Notes under the pieces: model-generated
Seen by the model: the letters and a program-made list of their open reading frames with translations, nothing else
What the model was told of the DNA's origin: nothing
Database searches by the model: none
Shown: positions 14,174-24,999 of the stretch, in pieces
Numbering within the stretch: position 1 is the first letter of the stretch
Layout of the letters: each line of letters opens with the position of its first letter
Translations under genes and position numbers: made by a program
DNA from: Phoronis australis
Taxonomy: Eukaryota; Animalia; Phoronida
Assembly: GCA_002633005.1 (NCBI GenBank)
Contig: NMRA01000215.1
Coordinates: 285,845 to 349,844, forward strand
Direction: 5' to 3'
Length of the DNA stretch: 64,000 nt

Positions 14174-17100
14174 GTGAGTCGCTTGTCTTTTATTTGTTGT
14201 AATGGGGGCTCCTGACGACGAAAAAAGGTAATACATGAATTCCATTTTACTGCGCAATGTTTTTTATTTTTGCCGGGCAGTTATTTTAAAACAGTTTCTT
14301 AATTTAGACTGCGTCACCGATAACTTCTAAAAACTAATTGCTACAAAATCATCAGTCATTTTTACTCGTCTAAGATTTACTGCCATCAATTTAACACTTT
14401 TCATTTGTTATTGAAACAAACTAGTTTCTTCTATCTCTTGGAACGGTAACATAAACTCGTGAGGTTAGCCGAGCGCATGCAACGAGCCTTGGAATAGTAA
14501 ATATTTGTTATATTTCAGATGTATTTATGCGATTACGGTTACTTGAACTGTTCATGCCAAGCGCGCACCATTCGCCACAAAAACGAGCGCCGCGGCGACC
14601 GAACGTCGGGCACACCAGTTGTGGGCTTTCCGATGGTGGTGAGCGAGTTGGACCAAGCGGCGGAGGACAGCATCATTAACCCTAACGTCCTTCCCAACTG
14701 CACCGCGTCCGAGATCACTGAAGGTTACATCAGGCTACAGAAACGTTTCCAGCTGCAGGAGACGGGTCGTTGTGACCCCGAAACAAAAATAAAGATGAAC
14801 AAGCGTCGCTGCGGCAACAAGGACATGGATTTGATGCACGAGAACGAACTAGATCACGCCGACCGGCCGGGAGTCACGCTCGCATCGATTCTGCGGCCGA
14901 AAAAGCAGAACTTGACCACTTCCACTGGCACTGGCGCTCACGAGCGCCGGAAACGAGAAGTTCTTGAAGAAATGAGACGCAAAGATGAATATATGCGGGT
15001 GAATGGTCTCCAGCGTCGCGTGGACCGTCCAGAAGACCACGTGAATCGGTTGGAGAGGAGCGCGCGAAAAAAACGTTCTGCAACAAGTTTGCTTGCCAAG
15101 ACCTGTATCAAATGGCGCCTATCATCTACCTACCAAAGTACGAAGATTCCCGAGATTGACCAGAGATTCGCACTGAGCCTTGCCTTTCGTCTGTGGTCAG
15201 AAGTGACTCCGCTTCGATTTGAAGAGGACTTGACCAGTCATATGGACGACGTCGACGTTTTCATCGCCTTTGTCTATGGTAAGTGAGAGCCGCTGGTCGC
15301 ATTAGGTGCAGTAATTCGTGGTAGGAGGAGTTTCAATGTTCGTATCTTCGGAAAGTTGGAACTCTTTAACAATGAATTTTAAAAGTGGAATGAAACCATT
15401 TGATTTACACCAAAATGGCTGTTGTGATTTTCCCATCGAATAATGTTAATGTTTTTAGATTCTACAGTACTTGTTTCTCTTATTGTGGACTGGTGTAAAA
15501 TGTGTATTCAACTCAACATGGCCCTGCTCCAACTGATGGGAAACTGCAGTCATAGGCTTTGCAAAATTAGCATGTTAGGTTGCATTCATTTTGTGCTCAC
15601 GACTATGTTTTAACTGAGATAATAGTAACAATTTAGTCATAGGATGTAATGGCAAATATACATATAGATATAAACTGAAAGGGTAAATACAGTGTTTACA
15701 CTGCTTCCCCAAGACCCACACTTACTTTTAAGGAGACTTGACACAAAAAGATGTGTTTAATTGAAGTGCGCTCTTGCCCCTCTACTATACACAAAGAAGT
15801 GTGACACTGTTTTAACCACAGTTACATGAGAAATATTGTCATCTGTAGATCAGAAAAAAGTTATCAGTGCACCTTCTTGTATTGCTTAAAAGGAAAAAAA
15901 AATTAAAAAGGAAAAAAATTGCCAAGGGTCCCGAAAATAATTTTTGTCATTTTCTGTTCCACTTTTGTGGGAACTCCAGAGAAGTGGCTATTAGTTTGTG
16001 TTCCAATACATTATGGTTTATACAGACATGTTTTAGTCCAAGTTTGAACTTGATAACCCATATTTGTGCAACAAACTCCAGTAAAAACTCGAGATTTTGA
16101 GTTCAGACTCCCAACTTTTCGCCTTAATACTGGGGTCATCAAATGCAAACTAAGACTATAGTTATCCATGTAAGCCATTGTGTATTTGAGCATAGAATAA
16201 AAGACACCTACCTCGAGTTCACAACAAATAGAATAGAGAGTGCCAAAAAATAAAGTGCCAGTTCAATTCCGAGTTAAAAAACCTTAGACCTTGGACTAAA
16301 GTCTCTTTATAAATAATTGGTTGTGCACATGTACAGTACAGAGACCTGTTTTGTAAGTTGTGAAAAAGTTGTGACCATTCTTGAGTGAAATATTTTGGAT
16401 GGTTATTATTTGAGTGATAAAGTTATCAAGAAGTGTCCTGATTTCCTTTTTGGGTCTTGTGATTGATTGTAGCTCCTTCATCTTATTTGGTAGAGTATTT
16501 CTGTATTAAACTTGGTTCGGACATTCGGGTACTGGATAGCCTCTTATGATGAAGGATACTAAACCCTATTTTGTGATTACAACCAATTCTCGTTCTGTCA
16601 CCTGCTAATGAATCACTGGTGTCCCACTTGAGTGATAAAGGCAACATTCTACTAAAAATACATACCCTTTTTGTCATAGATTGTATATTTTGGTTCTTGG
16701 CAGGCATCCTTTTACTACAGGTATTATCTAAAGCCTAGGTCATGCATGCCTGTTTTTGTAAGTTTTCAAATTTTGGTCTAAACTTTCGAGGGTAGTTGAG
16801 GGTTACTGAACATTATTACGTTTCTTTGAATCGGATGGGAAAGATCTTTTTAATAAATGTTAAAGACGCCAAAGCAGGTTTGGTATCCTTTTAAATGACC
16901 TCAGAAAGCCAATGGTTTCTTTTCTCTGCATCCAAAACTATCGCCAAAGTTGCATCATGCCATTTGATGATCTTTTTAATATCAACACTTCCAGGTCACA
17001 TGACCATGAGCTCAGGCATCTCCAAAGTGATACAATAATTGAATCAATGTTTCCTTAGGTAAAGCAGCTTTGCCTCACCATTAAATCATTCCCCAAAGTG

Positions 17101-19945
17101 AACGAATCATTGCCAGCTCAGTGCTGTGTTTCACCATCTTGCTAATTCACCTTTTTACGTTTGAAATGTTCTAGAATTCTTAGCTTTTGATGTCTTCATG
17201 GCGAACTTACCTTTGTACCTTTCCACAGATGACCATCTCAACTGCATCATGTCGTTTGATGGTCCCAGAGGTGTTCTGGCACATGTCGTCCGTCAGGACT
17301 CGCCACAAAACAGCCTAGGAGATATCCACTTTGATGACGCTGAGCCGTTCGTTAAGAACCACAGTCCTTCAGGTGTCTCCTTGTTGCTTGTTGCTGCCCA
17401 CGAAATTGGTCACGTCCTCGGGCTATTTCACCTGCCGCAGGTTGATGCCATCATGTTCGGAGAATATGAGAATGCCAACACATATGAAATTGAGTTGAGT
17501 GACGTAGACAGACATGCCATTAAAGACAGGGCTGGTAAGTATCCATATCCATTTCTCCTTATAGACACTGATGCGCAGAAAACGCAAATCTGGTTACTTT
17601 GGGTACCTCACTTCCAGTTTCATCTCTGAGGCTCCTACAACTTTGCAATCTCAAAGTCTATGTTGGATTATGTTGAGAATTATAAATGCAAAGACATGGA
17701 CTTGATTCGTAACTTCAAGTGAAGCTTGGTTTTGGTAGACATTCTTTAAAGCAAGGCATTTTTCACGGACTAAGCAAGTAACATTGAATAAAGCAAATGA
17801 CTTCTTCGCATCTAATTTCAAACTATGAACTTGGAAACTTTTGCAGTTTTGAACAAATAGTGTTTCCAATATGTAATGTGACATTACACGACTTCTTGGT
17901 TCTTCTTCACAGGTGTTTGTAAGGGATCATTTGATACAGTTTTTGATTATGTTCGAATGGAAGGCCGCTTGGTGTACAACACGTACTTCATGCGAGGAGA
18001 TCAGTACTGGTTGTACCAGAACGTGGACAAGAGACCGCGATACGGTGACCCGCTGAAAAGTTTTCCATACTGGGGTGTGACCAATGTCGACGCTTTTCTA
18101 CAGGTGTTTATAACAAATACAGATCACTTCTCCACGCAGTGCTACTTCTTTGTCGGTGAGTGAGATGCAGCTTTTAAAAGAAATGGAGGTCATGCAAGAT
18201 TATCTGTTATTGGTTATTGTTGTATGGAAGTTGAATTAATTAGTCTGAAACTTGCTGTGTCATTCGTGTATTTGAACTTTGCAGAAATTATGAATTGTAA
18301 TTACATTTAATGGAATATTTCTTCCAAAAGCTGCCAACCTAATGTGGTGATAAAGGAAATGTTCAATGAAACATGTCAAGATCAAACGTTTTCGTTCAAA
18401 AACATGGGATCAGCAACAGCCTATGAAAGAAATAATGGCGCGTTAAGTAAGTGACTAGCTCACCACCTTTCTGGCCAAGTATAATGTTGTTAACTATACA
18501 TACAATGTACATTTTTGTTCAGGGGAGCAAGTGGCTTTCTACGACGCTGTAGCGGACCAAGTGACAGAGACGAAACCAATTAATGAAAAGTGGCCAGGAA
18601 TGTACACCAATATCGACTCGGCGTTTTTTGATAAACGGGATAACAACATCTACATTTTTAAGGATGACAAGGTATGTAACAGCATAGTGTAACCTGGGGT
18701 CTCTTTTATGAAAAGTGACTTCAAACTTAAATTGAAATTTTGCCTTATGGTCCACATACCAGGATTTTCCGTAGATAAGCCCAGGCGTTTCAGTAATACC
18801 CAATAAACGTCTAGGCATTTATTCGGAAAAGAGGGGCGTGTAAACAGAAAATCATAGCCTAGTCTGGTATGAAAATGTCGGCGATTTTTTTTAATTTTAA
18901 GGTAATAAATACATAGTTCGCCAACACTTTGTTCTTTTTTGTTAATGATAAATGCTCCACCAAACTGAAATTGTGGCTAAAATTTGACACTGAGTGGACT
19001 TTTAGGAAAAATTTTCCAAATAAATGCCTCACTGTCAGGACACTTAACACCAGAAGTTATTACACCAAATAATTGTGCGAATAAACGCCCATGGGCATTT
19101 CATAGGGTGGGCTTACCTATGGAAAATCCCGGTAACTATTTCTCAAAAATTATTAAAACTCCGTTAATGTAAGTATAAGGTATCTTATAAGTTACTTCAC
19201 AGCATTAATGTGGTAAAAATTATATGACTTCATCTTTAATCAGTAATGGTGAAGGGGGAGTGTAAGTCTAAATTTCTGACAAGTTTTAAGTCACTTTTTC
19301 ATGAAACACCCCAGGGTGTGTCTCTGAACGGAGATTCAGACTCAAATTTTAACCAAAAACAAATTTTAACTTGAATCGTGCCATGCAACTGGTCAATTTT
19401 CGAGTCGGAGTTTTGAGTATGTATTCTAAAATTCCATGTGCCAGTTGCAATGCAAAATGTACAATGATGCCACAGGAGTCCTTTTATGAGGTGTCAGTTG
19501 CACAAATTACAGGAAGTGGACTGTGACCTTGAATTCTGGTATAGGGAAAGCTAATCATAGTAGGTGGGCCCTGACCAGAGTTGTGCCAGGAATAAAATGA
19601 AGCCCAGCTTGATGAAACAGTTTGCCATGCTGAGCATGCCATCATCTTGCATTGCAGGTTCAGATATGGAGTGCCGCAACCAGTACACTGCTCCGGAACA
19701 CAACGATCTGTGAGCAGTTTCCACCGATGCCAAGCGTGGATAACCTGGACTATTGCCAAGGCATCGACGCTGCCTATTTCTCCTTTGCTACAAAGAAACA
19801 GACATTCTTCAGAGGCGAGGAGTATTGGGTGAACATCAACTTCAACATCCACACAAATGTCGTGAACAACCAGATGGGACCGTCTAACAAATGGTACCAT
19901 TCATGGCAGTTCATCTGTGACGTCTACACAAGTTGTAGCACATAG
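13991..19945 (+). CDS. MMP21: Matrix metalloproteinase-21-like, full gene span (6 coding exons, ~642 aa)
   Basis: Joined exons 13991-14173, 14519-15278, 17229-17534, 17913-18155, 18523-18671, 19658-19945 give 1929 nt in frame. MMP21-type motifs: F.SRD.SD after signal peptide, HL.C...FDG, GDIHFDD.E, HEIGHVLGL.H, C.GSFDT.FD, YWLY.N...R.RYGDP, terminal W..ICDV. Confidence 0.92.
14519..15278 (+). CDS. MMP21: MMP21-like coding exon 2 (prodomain, cysteine switch, furin sites, start of catalytic domain)
   Basis: tttcag acceptor; YGY, LQETGRCDPETKIKMNKRRCGNKD, RRKR, RKKR, AFRLWSEVTPLRF; G|gtaagt donor. Confidence 0.92.
17229..17534 (+). CDS. MMP21: MMP21-like coding exon 3 (catalytic zinc site)
   Basis: ccacag acceptor; FDGPRGVLAH, DIHFDDAE, AAHEIGHVLGLFH (HExxHxxGxxH), AIM Met-turn; G|gtaagt. 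Confidence 0.95.
17913..18155 (+). CDS. MMP21: MMP21-like coding exon 4 (hemopexin domain)
   Basis: ttcacag acceptor; GVCKGSFDTVFDYVR...YWLYQNVDKRPRYGDP...YFFV; G|gtgagt. Confidence 0.92.
18523..18671 (+). CDS. MMP21: MMP21-like coding exon 5 (hemopexin repeat)
   Basis: gttcag acceptor; EQVAFYD...EKWPGMYTNIDSAFFDKRDNNIYIFKDDK; AAG|gtatgt. Not in ORF track. Confidence 0.9.
18694..19314. mobile_element. Harbinger-like MITE in MMP21 intron (host of nested element)
   Basis: Inverted ends ctggggtctcttttatgaaaagtgactt / aagtcactttttcatgaaacaccccag. Confidence 0.65.
18759..19132. mobile_element. Tc1/mariner(pogo)-like MITE nested in previous element
   Basis: TA|ccaggattttccgtagataagccca ... tgggcttacctatggaaaatcccgg|TA: TIRs with TA on both sides. 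Confidence 0.65.
19658..19945 (+). CDS. MMP21: MMP21-like coding exon 6 (last hemopexin repeat, stop)
   Basis: ttgcag acceptor; IDAAYFSFATKKQTFFRGEEYW...WQFICDVYTSCST then TAG. Confidence 0.9.
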   Translation, partial: VQIWSAATSTLLRNTTICEQFPPMPSVDNLDYCQGIDAAYFSFATKKQTFFRGEEYWVNINFNIHTNVVNNQMGPSNKWYHSWQFICDVYTSCST

Positions 19946-21931
19946 CGTAACCTAATGTTGGTGGGATGCACAGCAGTGTTTGGGCTTTCACACAAACCTT
20001 GTTGTTGATGAAAATGACAAAGCGTGAATCAATGAGTAAACGGACAAGCAGTCTCGGATGGAGTGTACATTCCAGGCTTATCATTGGCCGGAAGGAACTA
20101 AAGCACGATTGGATGGAGCAGAAATGATGCTTCACGGCACACAAACCATGACAATGACTAAGTGCAGTAAACAGTTTTTGAAATGAGATGACAAGACAAA
20201 TTTTACAGCCAAAGACGTAATTGTTGCTTCCCGATGGTGATGACAGGTGGATATAATTTATTTTTGTACTATTTAAGAGTTATAGACCGGTGAGGAGCCT
20301 CAGTGATATTTGTCAACAGTGTTCGTCTGCGAGTAGATTATTGTTGAACAGTGCGTCCAGAAACTTAAGTTATTGCACAGAGAGTTGCACTGTGACAATC
20401 GGCTGTCCTGGGCGGTGGTGAGAGATGTTACGCGTAGCCAATGTAGTTTGCATGAATGATAGTCACAGTAATAGTCGTTACGCACGATGTGACCTTGATG
20501 AGAGTTTAGCTAGAGCATCACCGCAAATGGTGTATATTTATTTATGGACGTTTGTTTATCTGTAGATTGTTTACTCTTGCAACTGATTATTTACTACGCA
20601 AGGTTATTGAAGTTTGTACATATCCTTCAGTCATACATTTCATAACTAGTCACCTTAGGCACCATTAAGTAACTCGGGCTTGTACAAGATATCAAAAATT
20701 TGATTTAACTTTGACTTCGCATGTAGACAATGACCAAAATCCACGAAAATTTCGCAGTAGCTATTATTTGCAGCCGTGTAAATTAGTAAAACTGTGCTGT
20801 GGTGGGGTTATCTGTTGTTAACCAGATTGTATATTTTAATATTGTCGTGTTTCACTCACCTGTATCAGTATTTGTGTAACATGTGCAGTTTAACTGACCA
20901 GCCAAAGACGAAGATATATGGATTGTGTTCATAAACATATCAGTTATGGTTTTTTAGAGGATTAGTTCCTTGTATTTAGGTAGGTGCAAAAGTTAAATTA
21001 TTTTATGTCATTATTTATTAAAAAATCAAGAAAACAAAAACAAAAAATATTTAAGTCAACAACCAGTTAACTATGTCCAATAATTTGTACAATTTTATAA
21101 GTCCATTTTATCTGGTTGGCAACCATCAGTAGTTTTGTTTTTATTATAATCTGCTATATTTCTTCAAGGCGACACTTGTGTGCTTGAGAATTTGTCCAAT
21201 TAAAACTTGTAATCAATGATTCCCAAGCACCACGTCATAAGCCAGTGCTTAATCCATTTTGTCTGTAAGTCAGTTATTGGTTTACAGTCTGGATTATGGG
21301 CTCTGTTCAAATAAGGACAACCAACTTGTAATTATGTTTCCATGTTGCCTTGGAGAATTTGTTGAAAATTATTTTAAAGATGTGATAGCTGGATGAGTAA
21401 CAAATCATCCAGACTTCATGTTATAGCACCGGATTCCAACTCTGCTAGCTTTTTCACAAGTGCTTTACTCGCTTACTTGGGTAAGACTGTATGAGCGGCT
21501 TGGTTGATAACTTTTTGACGGAGGTGTCACGCAACACGAGACTTGTGTGAGGTAAAACAACAAGCAAATGCTGCTCCTGTTCAAATCTTGATCTAAGTGC
21601 TGTCACGATTTGATCAAATTTATGGACAACCGTTTGCTGCATTTTTTTTACACAGTGGAGCTAAAATCGGATTCCTGCAAATACAGACTGAGGAACTCTA
21701 CAGCTGTATCATTCAGGTGTGTTGGAGAAGGCTGAATACTTTATAAGGAAGTCACATGTCGGATTTAGCTCTACTGTTGTTGAGTGTGTCTTTATACTGC
21801 ATTGTTTGCTTGACAAGAGGTAAGTGTGTCGCTGTACTGGACCACATTACTGCCACGCCAATTATTTATAAGAAATGTCTTGCAGACACAAATCTGCACC
21901 ACTGTCGATTGTTTGTGCACGCGAAATCAGC

Positions 21932-21937
21932 AATAAA
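21932..21937 (+). terminator. Candidate MMP21 polyadenylation signal
   Basis: First AATAAA I noticed after the stop, followed ~25 nt later by a T-rich tract; implies ~2-kb 3' UTR with ATTTA-rich stretches. Confidence 0.45.
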
Positions 21938-24560
21938 TAACAGTATACTTTAACAACTGGTTTTCTTTCTTACAGGTCTAGGCAACCCAGTGTGTCACAC
22001 ACTGTAGGTTGTGCAAATTCTACATCTAACTCTAAAACATTAAACTCTAAAAACATTAACTGCCGACTTGATTTAATGACCGTATCAAAAGGGTAACTAT
22101 AGTCTGCTCCAATAGATGGATAGCTATGAGCTGAGCTGTCTGCCTCAAATGAAAGATACTTTGTGTCATTGGACCCACACAGTGAATCAAAGTGTGCACA
22201 GACCTGAAAACTACATTAGTAGTAAATATGGTAAACATGATTGCAATGAACCAATGCAAGAGATTTGATGTCTGGGGATGCAGTAATTTTCATTGGCCAC
22301 TGGAAGTAACCGGCAAAGCACTTGGCTCCCGTCACCTGCAAGGATTCAAGCTCGCCAGGTACAGTAAATCCCATATTAGACATTCATCTCCTCACAAGGC
22401 ATGAATTGAGTTTATTTGCATTCGAGGTGAGTACCTCTCCATCTGTGATGGCCCTTTAGACAGCCTCAGCAACATGTCAATGAAGACATTTCAATTGTTG
22501 CTTAAACTAAACAATAAGGTATTAATTACTTATAAGACATTAATTGCAACATAAATTAGCATAATTGATGAAGTGGATGAAAGTTAAGTCTTTAATATCT
22601 ATGCATTCATATGTTGTTCGCATAAACACCAAGTTCCACAAAAGCTTTTTCAGGTTATAATATATTGGTGAAAAATGACCTTGCCTAGTTAGGCTCAAAT
22701 GAGACAGAAGTGCCAATAAGGATGAAAAAAATTCATTGAACCAAAATGTTGGCTTAGGTATTATGAGTTGATAATTTTCCACTTTAAAGTTAACATTTTG
22801 GTTCATCTGTGCCATACAACATAAATTCAAAATAAAAATATGACACGTTGAATCTGTCAGTCATTAAATATTATTGGCATTGTCACGGGCAACAATTTGT
22901 TGCCCGGAATGCTGGACGACTGTCAACAGCTTACGGCAAATCTTAGTAAGAAAGTATCTTATTGAGTCAATTACAGAAGAAAACATCACTATCGGGAATC
23001 AGACGGAAATCCGATTTAATCTTGTTGATTTGTGTTAGATTGGTAAATAGACAGGGAATGAAAAGTTAAAAGGGTAAAAACAAACACTTGAATTCCAATG
23101 ACGTCCATTTCTAAAGAAGCAGCCACATGTCTGTTTGAATACAGAGTTACTAGATCTGATTCCAAATTAAAAAAAATTAAAGAAAAGTGCCACGCTTTTA
23201 AATAACACCTAACTGGAATGCATAAATAAACGAGCTACTGGGTAAATAAGGAGTGCGAAGCATTTAAAGCGACTACAGGTTATTTACATTAGCCAAATAT
23301 CCATCAAACATTCTGCAAGGAGATACCGTATATTTCTTTTGACAGGACTAAATGAGAAAAAGCTGCCAGCTATAGCAACAATAAACACAGAAATATAGAG
23401 AAGTTTTTAAAAAACTGGTTGAATTTCGAGAATATAGACACCTAGAACAGACACTTCTTAACGACCACAAAACTGCTAGGTAACAACTGAGGGCCCTCTT
23501 GGAAAGCAGTGCTATCACTGAAGAGGCCACCCTCATTTTAAATATCACAACAATAAATAAATAAACAAAATCTCAAATTTTCAGAAAATCCACAAAACTT
23601 CTAATTTCCAAAATTCATGACTCCATCACAAGCAAAGACAAATCAGTCAGATGATGCGTTTAAATTAATTGCTAAAATTAAATATTCAGTGATAGTAGCA
23701 GTTGATAGTTAACTTGTTTTAAGAGGCCATTTCAAACTTTCAAGGATGACAACGCAAGAGATTTGCTCGCTTTAGTCATGACACCTAGTGTGTGCACAAG
23801 GCAAACATTGAGGCCTATTGTCACCAGAAAAATGCGAGTGTAGGCAGTTGTGAAATTTCACTGAGTAATCCGACATTTTATGCAAACACGGTCAAGGCTA
23901 AAATGGTTGAACAACAGTTACTAAACGTGTCAGGTTTCACAACATTACATTGAGTCACATGACAACTCTTATCCCACCCACTTAAAAATTAGGCCTATCA
24001 GGTATCGCGTAGACTAATGTATGCATAGTTTATGTAAATTGATATCGAGGCGTGGTGATGTGCCAAACTCATTTTTTGATTCAAGTCAATAGTTACAAAC
24101 AGTAACACAAACAATGGCATAGAGAAAGACATTCCTTTGAATGAATTCCATTTGACAGAGTATGCTCAAGTGCAGATTGGCAAAGATGGAAAGGCAAATT
24201 TTCTGTTAGGAAAAAGGAGGTCAAAATCAACAAGTTTTAAATAATCACGGTAAATAGAAAGCTAAATGAGAAAATATGCCACTAATATCATTAATTCACC
24301 AATCACGAAGTTTGACATTGTGCTTCTATTTTACAAAACATATTGATATCATTACATAGTATTTGTGTAGCACATCCCTGCAGGATATTATTTAAGAAAT
24401 ACCTTAGTGTTGAAGACTCAAGGATTATCATTATCATTATCAGATCAGCACTATCCTTTCTACAGAGCAAATAAAATCATATGTACATGGAATGTAACAC
24501 AAAAACTTTAAAAAACCTATATTTTCATGTTTGTATTTTTATAACTTAATATATAGTCAC

Positions 24561-24999
24561 CAGTGCCCAGTTGCATGAAACAGTCCCAGATAGGGACTCA
24601 ACTAAGTTCCCTAAAACTACTGCGCATTTTTGGACTTCTGGAAACAACGATTGCCCTTTCTTTTATTGTTTTAGTTTCATTATCAAGTCAGCTTTTGACT
24701 TTGATACAAATCGAGAGTGAACTCTTCGTTTAATTGTTAATATTATCAAAAATAATTAGTGATCTTTTCATGCAATACCCCCAATTTAAGGAGTGAGTCC
24801 CTATTTATTTTCAATGAAATCTGGGCTCAGTTGTTAGTAATATTATTAGAAAATGTCAATAATCAAAGAGGAGCTCATAATAAAGATGAAATGATAGAAA
24901 AATATGCATCTGTGAGTCCATAAAGACACAAATATGCAAAAAGACTTAGGGACCTTAGTTGAGTCCCTATTTGGGACTGTTTCATGCAACTGACCACAG
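24561..24999. mobile_element. MITE family A, copy 2
   Basis: cag|tgcccagttgcatgaaacagtcccagatagggactcaactaag ... cttagttgagtccctatttgggactgtttcatgcaactgacca|cag; CAG flanks consistent with a 3-bp TSD. TIR fragment also near 47390-47421. Confidence 0.85.
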
